Shown here: positions 29,335 through 38,706 of the stretch, one piece after another
Layout: every line of letters starts with the position of its first letter
How positions within the stretch are numbered: position 1 is the stretch's first letter
Assembly: GCA_963765125.1 (NCBI GenBank)
Contig: CAVXUZ010000004.1
Coordinates: forward strand, 792 to 64,791
DNA: 64,000 nucleotides
Origin: an uncultured candidate division WWE3 bacterium
GTDB lineage: Bacteria > Patescibacteriota > WWE3 > UBA101185 > UBA10185
Reading direction: 5' to 3'
Program-made: the position numbers and the translations under genes
The notes under the pieces: model-generated
What the model was told of the DNA's origin: nothing
Seen by the model: the letters and a program-made list of their open reading frames with translations, nothing else
The model's database searches: none

Positions 29335-29859
29335 ATGAAAAATAAATCTGCTCAAGGTTTCGGCGGTCTTCTTGTCTTATTAATTGTTGCACTAATAGGT
29401 ACCTCTGGTTATTTTCTTCTCACAAATAACGAGCAGGTTAGAATGCTTTGGTCCAAAACAAAAACTAAAATCTCAACCGATGAGAAATGTATTAGCCAAG
29501 CAGAATATGATTTACTTGTTGCTCAGGCTTACGAAGCTAATGACGAAGAGTCCATTAAATACCTTGAGGATATGATAGATAAAATAATTTGTACAGCATC
29601 CGTTGAAGGCAAAACACCTGAAATTGAACCACCACTTCCTCCAAAAAAGAGCTCTGATAAATATTCTGGTTATCAATACAATAATTGCTTCTTCTGTGAG
29701 TCGGATATGCAAATGTGTCAGGTTTGCTGGGAAAACGATTTTGGTGATAAGGTTTGCTGTTTAAAATCTGTGCAAGATAACGCAGACGATACTAAAAATA
29801 AATGCGCAGAGGGTGATAGAATCCTCGATCCTGACCAGGTGGCTAGATGTAGGGATTAA
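29335..29859 (+). CDS. Secreted Cys-rich hypothetical protein
   Basis: Signal/TM segment, 12+ Cys in C-terminal half. Confidence 0.5.
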   Translation: MKNKSAQGFGGLLVLLIVALIGTSGYFLLTNNEQVRMLWSKTKTKISTDEKCISQAEYDLLVAQAYEANDEESIKYLEDMIDKIICTASVEGKTPEIEPPLPPKKSSDKYSGYQYNNCFFCESDMQMCQVCWENDFGDKVCCLKSVQDNADDTKNKCAEGDRILDPDQVARCRD

Positions 29860-29983
29860 CTACACCCAACCGAATTTATCTTGATTTGACAGGGCGCCCT
29901 CTATCAATAATACGGCACATTTGACATTATCCCCCCTTGGATTACAATAACCTCAAATTTTTCAAATCGAGTGAAATAAGGAG

Positions 29984-30445
29984 ATGACGATGAAAAAGTC
30001 AGTTGACTACATTCTTCCGTTGTTTATAGTCGCATGGGTGTGCTTAATGATTTTTGTTTTTTTCTACGACGTGGCACCACAAATAGGTGGCGCGGTTTTT
30101 GCAGTAGCTTTTTTAGCACTGTTGGACATCGTGCTTATCTTGATGGATTTAAAATCCTGGTTTAAAAGTGTTGCAGTAGTTTTTCTAGGCGGCGCATTTC
30201 TTAAATCAAGTGAGCAGATTAAAAAATACTACATTATAGTTGTCCTGGTTTTCTTAGCTTCTGCAGTATTTTTTGGTTGGAGCATATTAGTAGCAAAAAC
30301 ATTTTTTCTCGGGTTCATTGCCACACTCATCTTTGAGGCATTGATCCTCGTCATGTTTATAACGATAGCAGTATTCTATACAGCCTTTGAAAGCATGTTT
30401 TCAAAAAAAGAAGATACCGCACCGTTGTCGACAAAAACAAATTAG
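29984..30445 (+). CDS. Integral membrane protein (4 TM)
   Basis: ORF, hydrophobic. Confidence 0.5.
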   Translation: MTMKKSVDYILPLFIVAWVCLMIFVFFYDVAPQIGGAVFAVAFLALLDIVLILMDLKSWFKSVAVVFLGGAFLKSSEQIKKYYIIVVLVFLASAVFFGWSILVAKTFFLGFIATLIFEALILVMFITIAVFYTAFESMFSKKEDTAPLSTKTN

Positions 30446-30452
30446 CCACAAA

Positions 30453-30493
30453 GCAGAGGTTTATTTTTTAAATACCCTCTGCTTTAATTTTTT
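30453..30493 (+). terminator. Hairpin terminator (GCAGAGG...CCTCTGC + T-rich)
   Basis: Seen in sequence. Confidence 0.45.
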
Positions 30494-30504
30494 GGTTTGG
30501 TGAT
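30490..30504 (-). repeat. 15-nt motif ATCACCAAACCAAAA (copy 6, minus orientation)
   Basis: Exact reverse-complement match, adjacent to terminator, ~80 nt upstream of hisS. Confidence 0.8.
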
Positions 30505-30580
30505 TAGGCGCTTTTTGCCTAAAATATTAAGGTACAAACATTTACATGCCTATGGGGGTATGCTATTGTTTTTACCATAA

Positions 30581-31948
30581 GTGGCTGTATTACAGCATTT
30601 TGAAAATATCATGCAAAAAGAAGAAACACTTATACAACCTACGATACTTTCAGGCTTTATGGAGCTACTTCCTAACGAACAGCTGGTCTTTAACTCAATG
30701 CTCCAAGCAATCCAAAAATCATACGAATCTTTTGGTTTTACACCATTAGATACACCAATAATAGAAAAGTCAGAAGTCTTACTTGCAAAGGCTGGTGCTG
30801 AGGCAACAAAACAAACGTACAGCTTTAAAAAAGGTGATAATGATTTAGCCCTAAGGTTTGACCTCACTGTGCCACTCGCAAGATACGTCAGTCAGCACAT
30901 GCACGAATTAATTTTTCCTTTTAAACGTTATCAGATTGGAAAAGTATATAGGGGAGAAAAACCTCAAAAAGGTAGATTTAGAGAATTTTATCAATGTGAT
31001 ATAGATGTTATAGGAAAAGATGAACTAGGTTTAGAAACTGACGCAGAAATTGTTGCTGTTACCTACAGCACTTTTAAAAATCTAGGGATTGGTAAGTTTT
31101 TAATCAGAATAAATAATAGAAAAATTCTTTCAGGTTTTATAAAAAGTTTAGGTATTGGTGCCAACTCTGTTGAACTGTTGCGTGTTATCGATAAACAAGA
31201 AAAAATGCCCAAAGAAAAGTTTAGAGAATTACTAGAAGAGCTCATTGGAAAAAAACAGAATGTAGATAAACTGCTGTCACTCTTAGCCATAAACGGTAAC
31301 TCGAAAGATATTTTTAAAAAACTAGAAGATCTTGGGGTTGGTGATAAAACATATTTAGAGGGGTTAACAGAGCTTAAAGAGGTTGTTAAATACGTAAATT
31401 ATTACGGAGTTCCTGAATCAAACTGGGAAATTGATTTATCTATTGCCAGAGGCTTAGAGTACTACACTGGTACAGTCTATGAAACAACTCTAGTCGACTA
31501 CCCTCAAATTGGTTCCGTTTGCTCTGGTGGAAGATACGATGACTTAGCAAATTACTACACAGAACAAAAACTACCAGGAGTTGGTATCTCCATAGGTCTA
31601 ACAAGATTGTTTTACCAGTTGAACGAATTAAAACTTATAAAAACAACTGCTCAATCACCAACAAAAATATTAGTAATACCTTTAACAGAGTCTTTGTCAG
31701 AAGTTTTCGCAGCAGCAAATAGTTTAAGAGAAATTTCTATTCCAACTGAAGTAAACCTCACAAACAAAGGTCTTGGCAAGAAACTAGATTACGCAAACAA
31801 AATGGGAATTAGGTTCGTGTTGATAATTGGGGATGACGAACTTAAAACAGGTATTGCAACGGTTAAAGATATGGAATCCGGTGAACAAACGCAGGTTAAG
31901 TTAAGTGAGCTGCAGGATCATTTTAAAAATCTAGAAATCTCCAAGTAA
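30581..31948 (+). CDS. hisS: Histidine--tRNA ligase
   Basis: Class II aaRS motifs, YRGEKPQKGRFREFYQCDIDVIG, C-terminal anticodon-binding domain; alternative start ATG 30611. Confidence 0.85.
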   Translation: MAVLQHFENIMQKEETLIQPTILSGFMELLPNEQLVFNSMLQAIQKSYESFGFTPLDTPIIEKSEVLLAKAGAEATKQTYSFKKGDNDLALRFDLTVPLARYVSQHMHELIFPFKRYQIGKVYRGEKPQKGRFREFYQCDIDVIGKDELGLETDAEIVAVTYSTFKNLGIGKFLIRINNRKILSGFIKSLGIGANSVELLRVIDKQEKMPKEKFRELLEELIGKKQNVDKLLSLLAINGNSKDIFKKLEDLGVGDKTYLEGLTELKEVVKYVNYYGVPESNWEIDLSIARGLEYYTGTVYETTLVDYPQIGSVCSGGRYDDLANYYTEQKLPGVGISIGLTRLFYQLNELKLIKTTAQSPTKILVIPLTESLSEVFAAANSLREISIPTEVNLTNKGLGKKLDYANKMGIRFVLIIGDDELKTGIATVKDMESGEQTQVKLSELQDHFKNLEISK

Positions 31949-31989
31949 AATTTAAAATATTTAAGCAATAAAGCAATAAACATTAGGAC

Positions 31990-32018
31990 TTGACACACCC
32001 TATAGGTTGGTATAAAAT
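31990..32018 (+). promoter_or_regulatory. Candidate promoter TTGACA-N17-TAAAAT
   Basis: Consensus -35 and AT-rich -10 seen in sequence ahead of an ORF-free GC-rich segment. Confidence 0.4.
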
Positions 32019-32024
32019 GGTCGC

Positions 32025-32520
32025 TAACAACCTAATAGGAGCGCAGCGTTGAATATCTATATTATCTGCTGTCGTACTCCAATTCCTGACCCAGATCTGG
32101 TCGGGATACAAGGTGGTGATTCCCCGCGTTGCGGAGATAAACCCACCAAAGGTTGCCAACGGATCATTTGTTCCACTTGAAGGGCCGATATCCAATAGGT
32201 TTTATCTAACGATAAACCCATACTGGATATCACCCGACATAGACAGGTGGATCGCGGTAGCCTCTTACTTTGCCCTACCATAAGCAAAGTATGGACACCA
32301 ACTCCCAAAAATAATTTTTGGGAACTTGTATTGACGGAATACATACAAAAACTTGTTGTTTTAAAAAGATCAACCAGAATTAAGCAGGTTGACGGTGTAA
32401 AGAGACTTGGAATGTCAAACTTACACTCTATCGTCTATAGCATAATAAAAAACAACAACCAGCCGTCATATACTTGAAGAAACCCAGAGTTAAATGCATA
32501 TGCAACTCTGGGTTTTTTAT
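32025..32520 (+). ncRNA. Candidate structured non-coding RNA (~490 nt), class unknown
   Basis: Bounded by a promoter-like element and a strong intrinsic terminator. It is GC-richer than the surrounding genome, has only short implausible ORFs on both strands, and no match to RNase P or SRP motifs could be recognised by eye. Confidence 0.3.
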
Positions 32521-32524
32521 TTTC
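32481..32524 (+). terminator. Rho-independent terminator (AACCCAGAGTT...AACTCTGGGTT + T-run)
   Basis: 11-bp perfect stem, 12-nt loop, TTTTTTATTTT tail. Confidence 0.7.
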
Positions 32525-32756
32525 TTTTTTTGGTGATTTTTGTGTGGTGCTTACCCCAGCTAATATGATTCCAGATTCTCTCATGTATTACATATAAAAT
32601 AAGGCTTGAAAAATTAGAGATTAAAACTACTCCAATAGCTAAATCATACCTTTTCGTTATTATAAAAACGATTAAACCGTCGATTATTAAAGAGGCAGCT
32701 CTGTAGGTTATTGCTTTTGCAACGGATCTTTTGATGTGTTCGAGAAATTTGGGCAT
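32517..32756 (-). CDS. Small membrane protein
   Basis: 79-aa ORF with 2 TM helices. Confidence 0.4.
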   Translation of the reverse strand: MPKFLEHIKRSVAKAITYRAASLIIDGLIVFIITKRYDLAIGVVLISNFSSLILYVIHERIWNHISWGKHHTKITKKRK

Positions 32757-32876
32757 AATGCTTTTTTAGTATACACGCAAGTTAGATCAGCGGTTAATAC
32801 TTTTTTAACAAAAAAAATAGCGCTACCTTTATTATCGATAGCGCTAGGCAAAACTTAAATGTGTAACCTAGTTACG

Positions 32877-33122
32877 CTAAAATCGGCGTATTCTTTCTAT
32901 TTCCTGCAGTTTTTTAAAGCTGTACGTGCAGTCTTTTAGATGCTCAAGAATCTCTATGTCCCAGGTAAGCTTTTTGCTACGTTCTTCGATCCTCAACTTC
33001 ATTCCAACAGTAATTTTAGCTGCTGCTGCAGGCTCAACTTGAAGAATGTTACTAAGTAATGACACTGATTCCCCCCAACCTCCTATAAACAACCCATTTT
33101 CATCGTAGATTCTCCAAAGCAT
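32877..33122 (-). CDS. Hypothetical small protein
   Basis: ORF. Confidence 0.35.
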   Translation of the reverse strand: MLWRIYDENGLFIGGWGESVSLLSNILQVEPAAAAKITVGMKLRIEERSKKLTWDIEILEHLKDCTYSFKKLQEIERIRRF

Positions 33123-33175
33123 GTTTTACTCCTTATCCATTAAAGTTTTGTGAATTATAGCACAATACTAGGGGT

Positions 33176-34207
33176 TTATTTGTTTTTTAGCTGTGGGTAC
33201 CTGCTAACTGCGGAGTTGATGATTAGAGTGAGTACCTCTGTAAACTTCAATCCTGCTTTTTCGGCTGTATACACTAAGCAGCTGATTGCATCTGGGTCGG
33301 GGTTTAATCCAGGCAATGTGTTTATTTCTAAAAAGTAAAGTTTGTTAGAATCGTTTAGACGATAATCAATTCTTGCCGCATCACGTACGTCTAGCAACTC
33401 GGCAATTTTAAGACTTGTCTCTTCTACTTCTTTTTTAATTTCTGGAGATACTTTTGCAGGGCATGAGTAGTATTTGTCGTTATCGGCCGCAGTGTCTTCA
33501 TAAATCCATTTAAGTTCGTAACCCGCTACTCTATTAAAACCTTTAGGTAAATGGTCAAATTTTTGCTCTAAAATAGGTAGTACTCTGAAAGGGTTGCCGA
33601 TAATGGTCACAGTGAACTCTCTTCCGTCTACATACTCTTCAACAATTGCCTCAAAATCAAATTCGTTTAGTACTCTTTCAACTTTTTCTATCACTTGCTC
33701 GGGCTTTGTTGCAACGCTGTCATTGTAAATTCCTTTACTCGATCCTTGTGTATTTGGTTTGATGATTACCGGAAAGGTAAGACCACTATAATCTGCGGTA
33801 GAATAATTTGTTTTATTTACGACTTTTGAGCGTGGCGCGCATATTCCATTATTGGCGAGGATTTCTTTAGCGTAGTGTTTATGAATTTTTATTGCGTGTG
33901 TAGTAGGTGAAGAAAACGTGTAAGGAATACCCAACATCTCACAAAACAGCGGTATTTGTGATTCACGCGCGTCGCCACCTAAACCTTCGGCGATATTAAA
34001 AACTAGGTCAATTTCGTTTTTATGTTTTTTTAGATTTTCATAGGCGTCAAGATCTGCCTCTATTTTTATTACAGAATGACCAAGCTGTTCAATTTTACTA
34101 ACAATATCATCAACCACACTAATAGGGTCAAATTCTATGTCTGATTGGTCTGCTTGAAGGGAATACTCTAGATTTTTTCTAACATTATAAGTAAAAGCAA
34201 TATTCAT
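33176..34207 (-). CDS. ddl: D-alanine--D-alanine ligase family ATP-grasp enzyme
   Basis: ATP-grasp motifs, EINTLPGL C-terminal motif. Confidence 0.65.
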   Translation of the reverse strand: MNIAFTYNVRKNLEYSLQADQSDIEFDPISVVDDIVSKIEQLGHSVIKIEADLDAYENLKKHKNEIDLVFNIAEGLGGDARESQIPLFCEMLGIPYTFSSPTTHAIKIHKHYAKEILANNGICAPRSKVVNKTNYSTADYSGLTFPVIIKPNTQGSSKGIYNDSVATKPEQVIEKVERVLNEFDFEAIVEEYVDGREFTVTIIGNPFRVLPILEQKFDHLPKGFNRVAGYELKWIYEDTAADNDKYYSCPAKVSPEIKKEVEETSLKIAELLDVRDAARIDYRLNDSNKLYFLEINTLPGLNPDPDAISCLVYTAEKAGLKFTEVLTLIINSAVSRYPQLKNK

Positions 34208-34255
34208 TTTTCAAATTATAAATATACTATTGATCGGTGAAAATACAATGTGTTT

Positions 34256-36064
34256 TTATCTGGCGGATCTTCGTCTTTTTGTGGCGTCTAAAATCTTTTT
34301 TCTAAGTCTTAGACTTTTTGGGGTTATCTCAAGCAATTCGTCGTCTTCGAGAAAGCTAAGCATCTGTTCCAAACTCAATTCCACGTGGGGTGGGAGAAAT
34401 AAAGTATCTTCGCCCTGTGAACGGTTGTTGGTAAGCTGTTTTTCTCTACAAACGTTTACTTCTATGTCTTCGTCTCTTCCGTTGAGACCAACTATCATAC
34501 CTACATAAACCATTGTTTGTGGCCCAACAAATACTGGTCCTTTGTCGTGTGCTGAAACTAAGCCGTAAGGAGCCGCTTTTCCTGCATTTGAAGCTATAAC
34601 AACACCTTTTCTAAGCTTTTGTATTTGGCTCGAAATCTTCTCAAACCTAATAAAAGTGGAGTTCGAAACTGCAGTTCCTTTACTTAGTGTCATTAATGTT
34701 CCACGAAGGCCGAGTATTCCACGGGTGGTAATTTCAAATATGAGTCTTGTCGATTGCGAGGTTAATTCTTCTTGGCTAATAATTATTCCGCGTCTGCGAC
34801 CTATTTCACTTTTTATAGCCCCCACATAGTCGTTGTCTACGTCGACTGTCAATTCTTCAACCGGTTCAACTTCTACTCCATCTACTACTTTTGTAATAAC
34901 AGTTGGCTTACTAACTTCAACCTCAAATCCTTCACGGCGTAAAGTTTCTAGAAATACTGAAAGATGCAGCTCGCCTCTTCCCAACAATGTGTATTTTCCA
35001 TCGTCGGTGATTTGAAATTTCATTGAAACGTTTGTTTGCAGTTCTTTCTCGATTCTTTCTAAAATGTGTCTTCCTGAAAAATATTTTCCTTCTGTTCCCA
35101 TGAATGGTGATGTGTTTGGCCCTATTGTAATACTCAGAGTTGGATCTTCGATTTTAATTCTTGGTAGTATTTCATCTAGTGATAGGTCACACACTGTGTC
35201 CCCTATTTCAGCATTTTTAATACCTGTCAAAGCGATAATATCACCGCTTGTACTGCTTTCGATTTCTACTCTGTGCAAACCCTGGTTCTCAAATACTTTG
35301 TCTACTACAGTTGCCTCTTTAACACCTTCATTTTTAAGTACAGATACTTTTTGTCCCGTAGAAACCTTACCGCTGCGGACTTTTCCAATGACGTATTTAC
35401 CTTTGTAGCTGTCCCAATCGAGTGCTGCAATTTGCATTTGAAATGGTTTTGTGGGGTCGCTTTTTGGTTCAGGAACATATTTTAGAATTGCTTCAAAGAT
35501 TGGTGAAAAATCAGCGTGGTCGCTTCTGTGCTCGGGTAGCTTATCCCAAGCTTTTCCGCTTTTTCCTGAAGCATATATTATAGGAAACTCTAAGTGGTCT
35601 TCGTGGTGTGCTAGTTCTAAAAATAAGTCTGAGATTTTTGAGATTGTATGAGGAATTCTTGTGATGGATTTATCAATTTTATTAATAACAACAATAATCT
35701 TAAGATTTAACTCTAACGCTTTTTTTAAAACAAATTTTGTTTGTGGCATTGGCCCTTCTTGTGCATCTACAACTAGCAACGCACCATCTGCCATATTTAA
35801 TGTTCTTTCGACTTCGCCGCCAAAATCTGAGTGCCCTGGAGTATCGATAATGTTTATTTTTGTATCTTTGTATGTAACTGCAGTATTTTTTGCAAGAATT
35901 GTAATTCCTCTCTCTCGCTCCTGATCGTTTGAATCCATAATAAGGTGCTGTGACATCAATGCTTCATTCTCTCTGAATGTTTTAGACTGCTTTAACAGAC
36001 CATCTACAATAGTGGTCTTTCCGTGGTCAACATGTGCAATTATCGCAACATTTCTTAGGTTCAT
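34256..36064 (-). CDS. typA: Translational GTPase TypA/BipA
   Basis: NVAIIAHVDHGKTT G1, DTPGHSDF, NKIDK; EF-G-like domain order. Confidence 0.9.
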   Translation of the reverse strand: MNLRNVAIIAHVDHGKTTIVDGLLKQSKTFRENEALMSQHLIMDSNDQERERGITILAKNTAVTYKDTKINIIDTPGHSDFGGEVERTLNMADGALLVVDAQEGPMPQTKFVLKKALELNLKIIVVINKIDKSITRIPHTISKISDLFLELAHHEDHLEFPIIYASGKSGKAWDKLPEHRSDHADFSPIFEAILKYVPEPKSDPTKPFQMQIAALDWDSYKGKYVIGKVRSGKVSTGQKVSVLKNEGVKEATVVDKVFENQGLHRVEIESSTSGDIIALTGIKNAEIGDTVCDLSLDEILPRIKIEDPTLSITIGPNTSPFMGTEGKYFSGRHILERIEKELQTNVSMKFQITDDGKYTLLGRGELHLSVFLETLRREGFEVEVSKPTVITKVVDGVEVEPVEELTVDVDNDYVGAIKSEIGRRRGIIISQEELTSQSTRLIFEITTRGILGLRGTLMTLSKGTAVSNSTFIRFEKISSQIQKLRKGVVIASNAGKAAPYGLVSAHDKGPVFVGPQTMVYVGMIVGLNGRDEDIEVNVCREKQLTNNRSQGEDTLFLPPHVELSLEQMLSFLEDDELLEITPKSLRLRKKILDATKRRRSAR

Positions 36065-36175
36065 AACTTTCGCCTATAGGGCGGTTTGAATTATACACCG
36101 AATCTGGCTTTGTAGTAATGATATCTTATATTTTGCGTGATACTATATAAATAGTATTTAATTTAATTAATTTAT

Positions 36176-36916
36176 ATGGAAATATTTATATTTTTAATCG
36201 TTATAGCTCTCTTTCTCTTGCCAATGTTTCTTAAAGTTATACCTGAAGGGTATAAAGGCGTCGTTCAATTTTTAGGAAAGTACAACCGAACTCTTACGCC
36301 CGGTCTAAATATTGTGATCTTTCCTTTGGAGATTGTTACCAAGGTAGATATTAGGGAACAAGTTATGGATATTCCTTCACAAGAAGCAATCACCAAAGAT
36401 AATGTTTCTTGCATGATAGACGGAATTGTCAGATTTAAAGTTTTAGAACCCTCTACAGCAATTTTTAAAGTTCAAAATTATAGAAATCAAATTTCTGCTA
36501 AGTCACAAACTGCACTAAGAGATATCATCGGTAGCATTACACTCGATGAGGTTCTTACTAAAAGAGCACAGATCGCAGAAGAAATAAAAATAATCGTCGA
36601 TGGTGCTGCTGAACAATGGGGCGTGGATATTTCTGCAATTGAAATTCAAAATATTGAAATTCCTGCCGATATGAAACGTGCAATGGCACAGCAAGCTGAA
36701 GCTGAAAGAGATAAGAAGGCAAGAATTATTAAAGCAGAGGGTGAAAAAGAAGCAGCCGTTAAACTTGCAGAAGCTGGACAAATATTGTCAGCCTCACGTG
36801 GTGCGTTAGAGCTTAGAACTTTACAAACGCTCAAAGAGATTTCGGCTGATCCGTCTGAAAAAATCATTATGACGATACCTAATTCATTCTTTGAGGTTAT
36901 TAACCCAAAGCACTAA
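36176..36916 (+). CDS. SPFH/band-7 (stomatin-like) membrane protein
   Basis: N-terminal TM + SPFH domain, AEAERDKKARIIKAEGEKEA coiled coil. Confidence 0.8.
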   Translation: MEIFIFLIVIALFLLPMFLKVIPEGYKGVVQFLGKYNRTLTPGLNIVIFPLEIVTKVDIREQVMDIPSQEAITKDNVSCMIDGIVRFKVLEPSTAIFKVQNYRNQISAKSQTALRDIIGSITLDEVLTKRAQIAEEIKIIVDGAAEQWGVDISAIEIQNIEIPADMKRAMAQQAEAERDKKARIIKAEGEKEAAVKLAEAGQILSASRGALELRTLQTLKEISADPSEKIIMTIPNSFFEVINPKH

Positions 36917-36922
36917 ACGACA

Positions 36923-37579
36923 ATGAGACGAGGAATAATACAGCTAGCATTTAACTACACTTTTAGTGATTTTGTTAATATCGTTCGACATATTCCACAA
37001 AACGATCGTGTTGTTCTAGAAGCGGGTACTCCATTCATAAAATTTGAAGGAATCAACGTCATCAGCAGAATGAGAATGTATTGGCGCGGTGCTATCTGCG
37101 CCGATATGAAAATCGCCGATGGAGCTTATGAGGAGGTTAGAATGGCGAGCTACGCAGGTGCAGACTCGGTTACTGCGCTAGGTAGCGCTTCAGATGAGAC
37201 GTTGAGAATTTTTGTTGCAGCTTGTAAAGAATTTAAGATTGCGTCGATCATTGACATGATAGGCACAACCAATCCGCTTAAACGCCTATGGCGTGCGAAT
37301 ATTGTCCCAGATATGGTTTACATTCATAGAGGCCGCGACGAGGAAAATTCGTTTGGAAAGATTATTCAGTATAAGGATATTGCAAAGCTTAAAGGAAAAT
37401 GGGAGATGCAGGTCGGAGCGGCCGGAGGAATAGATAAAAAGGAATTACAATCAGCGATTTTTAATAACGCAGATATTGTTGTCGTAAATATTGTACGTCC
37501 GCAGGATCAATGGAAGGGTGTTGTTTACGATAATGAATTTGATGAAAATCTAAATAAGTTTTTAGCTCTTGTTAGTTAG
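36923..37579 (+). CDS. 3-hexulose-6-phosphate synthase-like (OMP-decarboxylase family)
   Basis: EAGTPFIKFEG, ICADMKIADGAYEE, GADSVTALG, IDMIG, VYIHRGRDEE collinear with HPS/HxlA. Confidence 0.6.
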   Translation: MRRGIIQLAFNYTFSDFVNIVRHIPQNDRVVLEAGTPFIKFEGINVISRMRMYWRGAICADMKIADGAYEEVRMASYAGADSVTALGSASDETLRIFVAACKEFKIASIIDMIGTTNPLKRLWRANIVPDMVYIHRGRDEENSFGKIIQYKDIAKLKGKWEMQVGAAGGIDKKELQSAIFNNADIVVVNIVRPQDQWKGVVYDNEFDENLNKFLALVS

Positions 37580-38663
37580 GTAGTGAAAATCCAATATCTA
37601 GGTTGTTGCCCGTAGCGCTGTCATAGAAAATTTCAACGTCTTTGCAGTAATCTAGACTACCCGTAGAATCTGGCAATTTGTATGTTTTTACGTGATTTCC
37701 ATCTTTAATTGTGTATAGATACAATATGCACGGGTCTGACTCATTTTTTGTTACAACGTAAAAATAATCTTTATCTAATTTTATGCTTCCAATTTTATCT
37801 AACAACTCCATACTGTCATCGAGAGTTGCAGCGTATTCAAATCTTGTCTTTAGCTCACCATCTTCGGTCCAAAAACAAAAATCTGTTAATTCTGATTCTT
37901 CTGAGGGCGCATATGTAACTAATGAATCACCAAACCAAAAACTTTTTCCTGAAAGACAGTTTATTGTAGGGAGATCAATCTGCGTGTCCGTTGGAACATC
38001 GTAAATCTTGTATTCGTATTCCCAGTCTTCAACTTTATTTTTTTCAGCGTTTCTCACGAATATTTTGCTATAGATGCTTGTGGACCAGTCAAAAACCTCT
38101 GAGAACAGCTTTAGGCGGTTTCCTTCAAGGAGTGGGTCAGCAGTAGAAACACTTGGCTTTCTAATGTCTATTATGAAGCTTTCACCTGTATCGCACGTAA
38201 ATTTGGTGCTAACAAGCCTGTAAGGCTCTTTAAGGCCTTTTTCATCACTGGGGCTTAAATCCACCTCGATTTCAACAGCTTCTTCGTCTTCAGTGATTTT
38301 GCTCTTCTCTCCTCCTTTAACGTAGTAGACACTCTCCGCCACTTTAAAGTCTTCGGGCTGACAATAAGCTTTCTCGCCTTCATTAAAGATAACGTACGCA
38401 TCTTCTTCAATTTCATTGGCTAATACGTTTAATTCAAAATTAGTATCGATTTCCTCCAGTGTCGGCGCAGATTCTTGTATTTTAGTCTCGTCGGTGCTTG
38501 AAATTAACTCTGTTTTTTCTGATTTTGGTGAATTTATAAAAAAATGAAGTATGTAAGCACCAAAAGCGAGCATAAGCACCGCTAGTACGACTCTTATTAC
38601 TATTGGATGCTTATTACCATTTTGCTGGTTTTCCATAATGTTCATTGTAATGCCATTTTGCAA
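37572..38663 (-). CDS. Membrane-anchored hypothetical protein
   Basis: 363-aa ORF with N-terminal TM; contains motif copy 7 in its coding sequence. Confidence 0.5.
   Translation of the reverse strand: MQNGITMNIMENQQNGNKHPIVIRVVLAVLMLAFGAYILHFFINSPKSEKTELISSTDETKIQESAPTLEEIDTNFELNVLANEIEEDAYVIFNEGEKAYCQPEDFKVAESVYYVKGGEKSKITEDEEAVEIEVDLSPSDEKGLKEPYRLVSTKFTCDTGESFIIDIRKPSVSTADPLLEGNRLKLFSEVFDWSTSIYSKIFVRNAEKNKVEDWEYEYKIYDVPTDTQIDLPTINCLSGKSFWFGDSLVTYAPSEESELTDFCFWTEDGELKTRFEYAATLDDSMELLDKIGSIKLDKDYFYVVTKNESDPCILYLYTIKDGNHVKTYKLPDSTGSLDYCKDVEIFYDSATGNNLDIGFSLPN
37926..37940 (+). repeat. 15-nt motif ATCACCAAACCAAAA (copy 7, inside CDS)
   Basis: Exact match; encodes FWFGDS on the minus strand and may be coincidental. 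Confidence 0.6.
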
Positions 38664-38706
38664 AGATTCAAAATAAAAAGTAACAAATTGCTTGAACTAA
38701 TTTCAA

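Noticed and set aside
32057-32477. ORFs 32057..32344 (-) and 32247..32477 (+) in the hisS-downstream region
   Set aside because: They have no RBS, implausible composition, and overlap each other. The region is better explained as a non-coding transcription unit (promoter and terminator present).
37926-37940. Copy of the 15-nt motif inside the CDS 37572..38663, examined as a possible insertion scar
   Set aside because: The reading frame is continuous through it (it encodes FWFGDS) and flanks show no target-site duplication. It is treated as a possible chance or in-frame occurrence rather than a mobile element.
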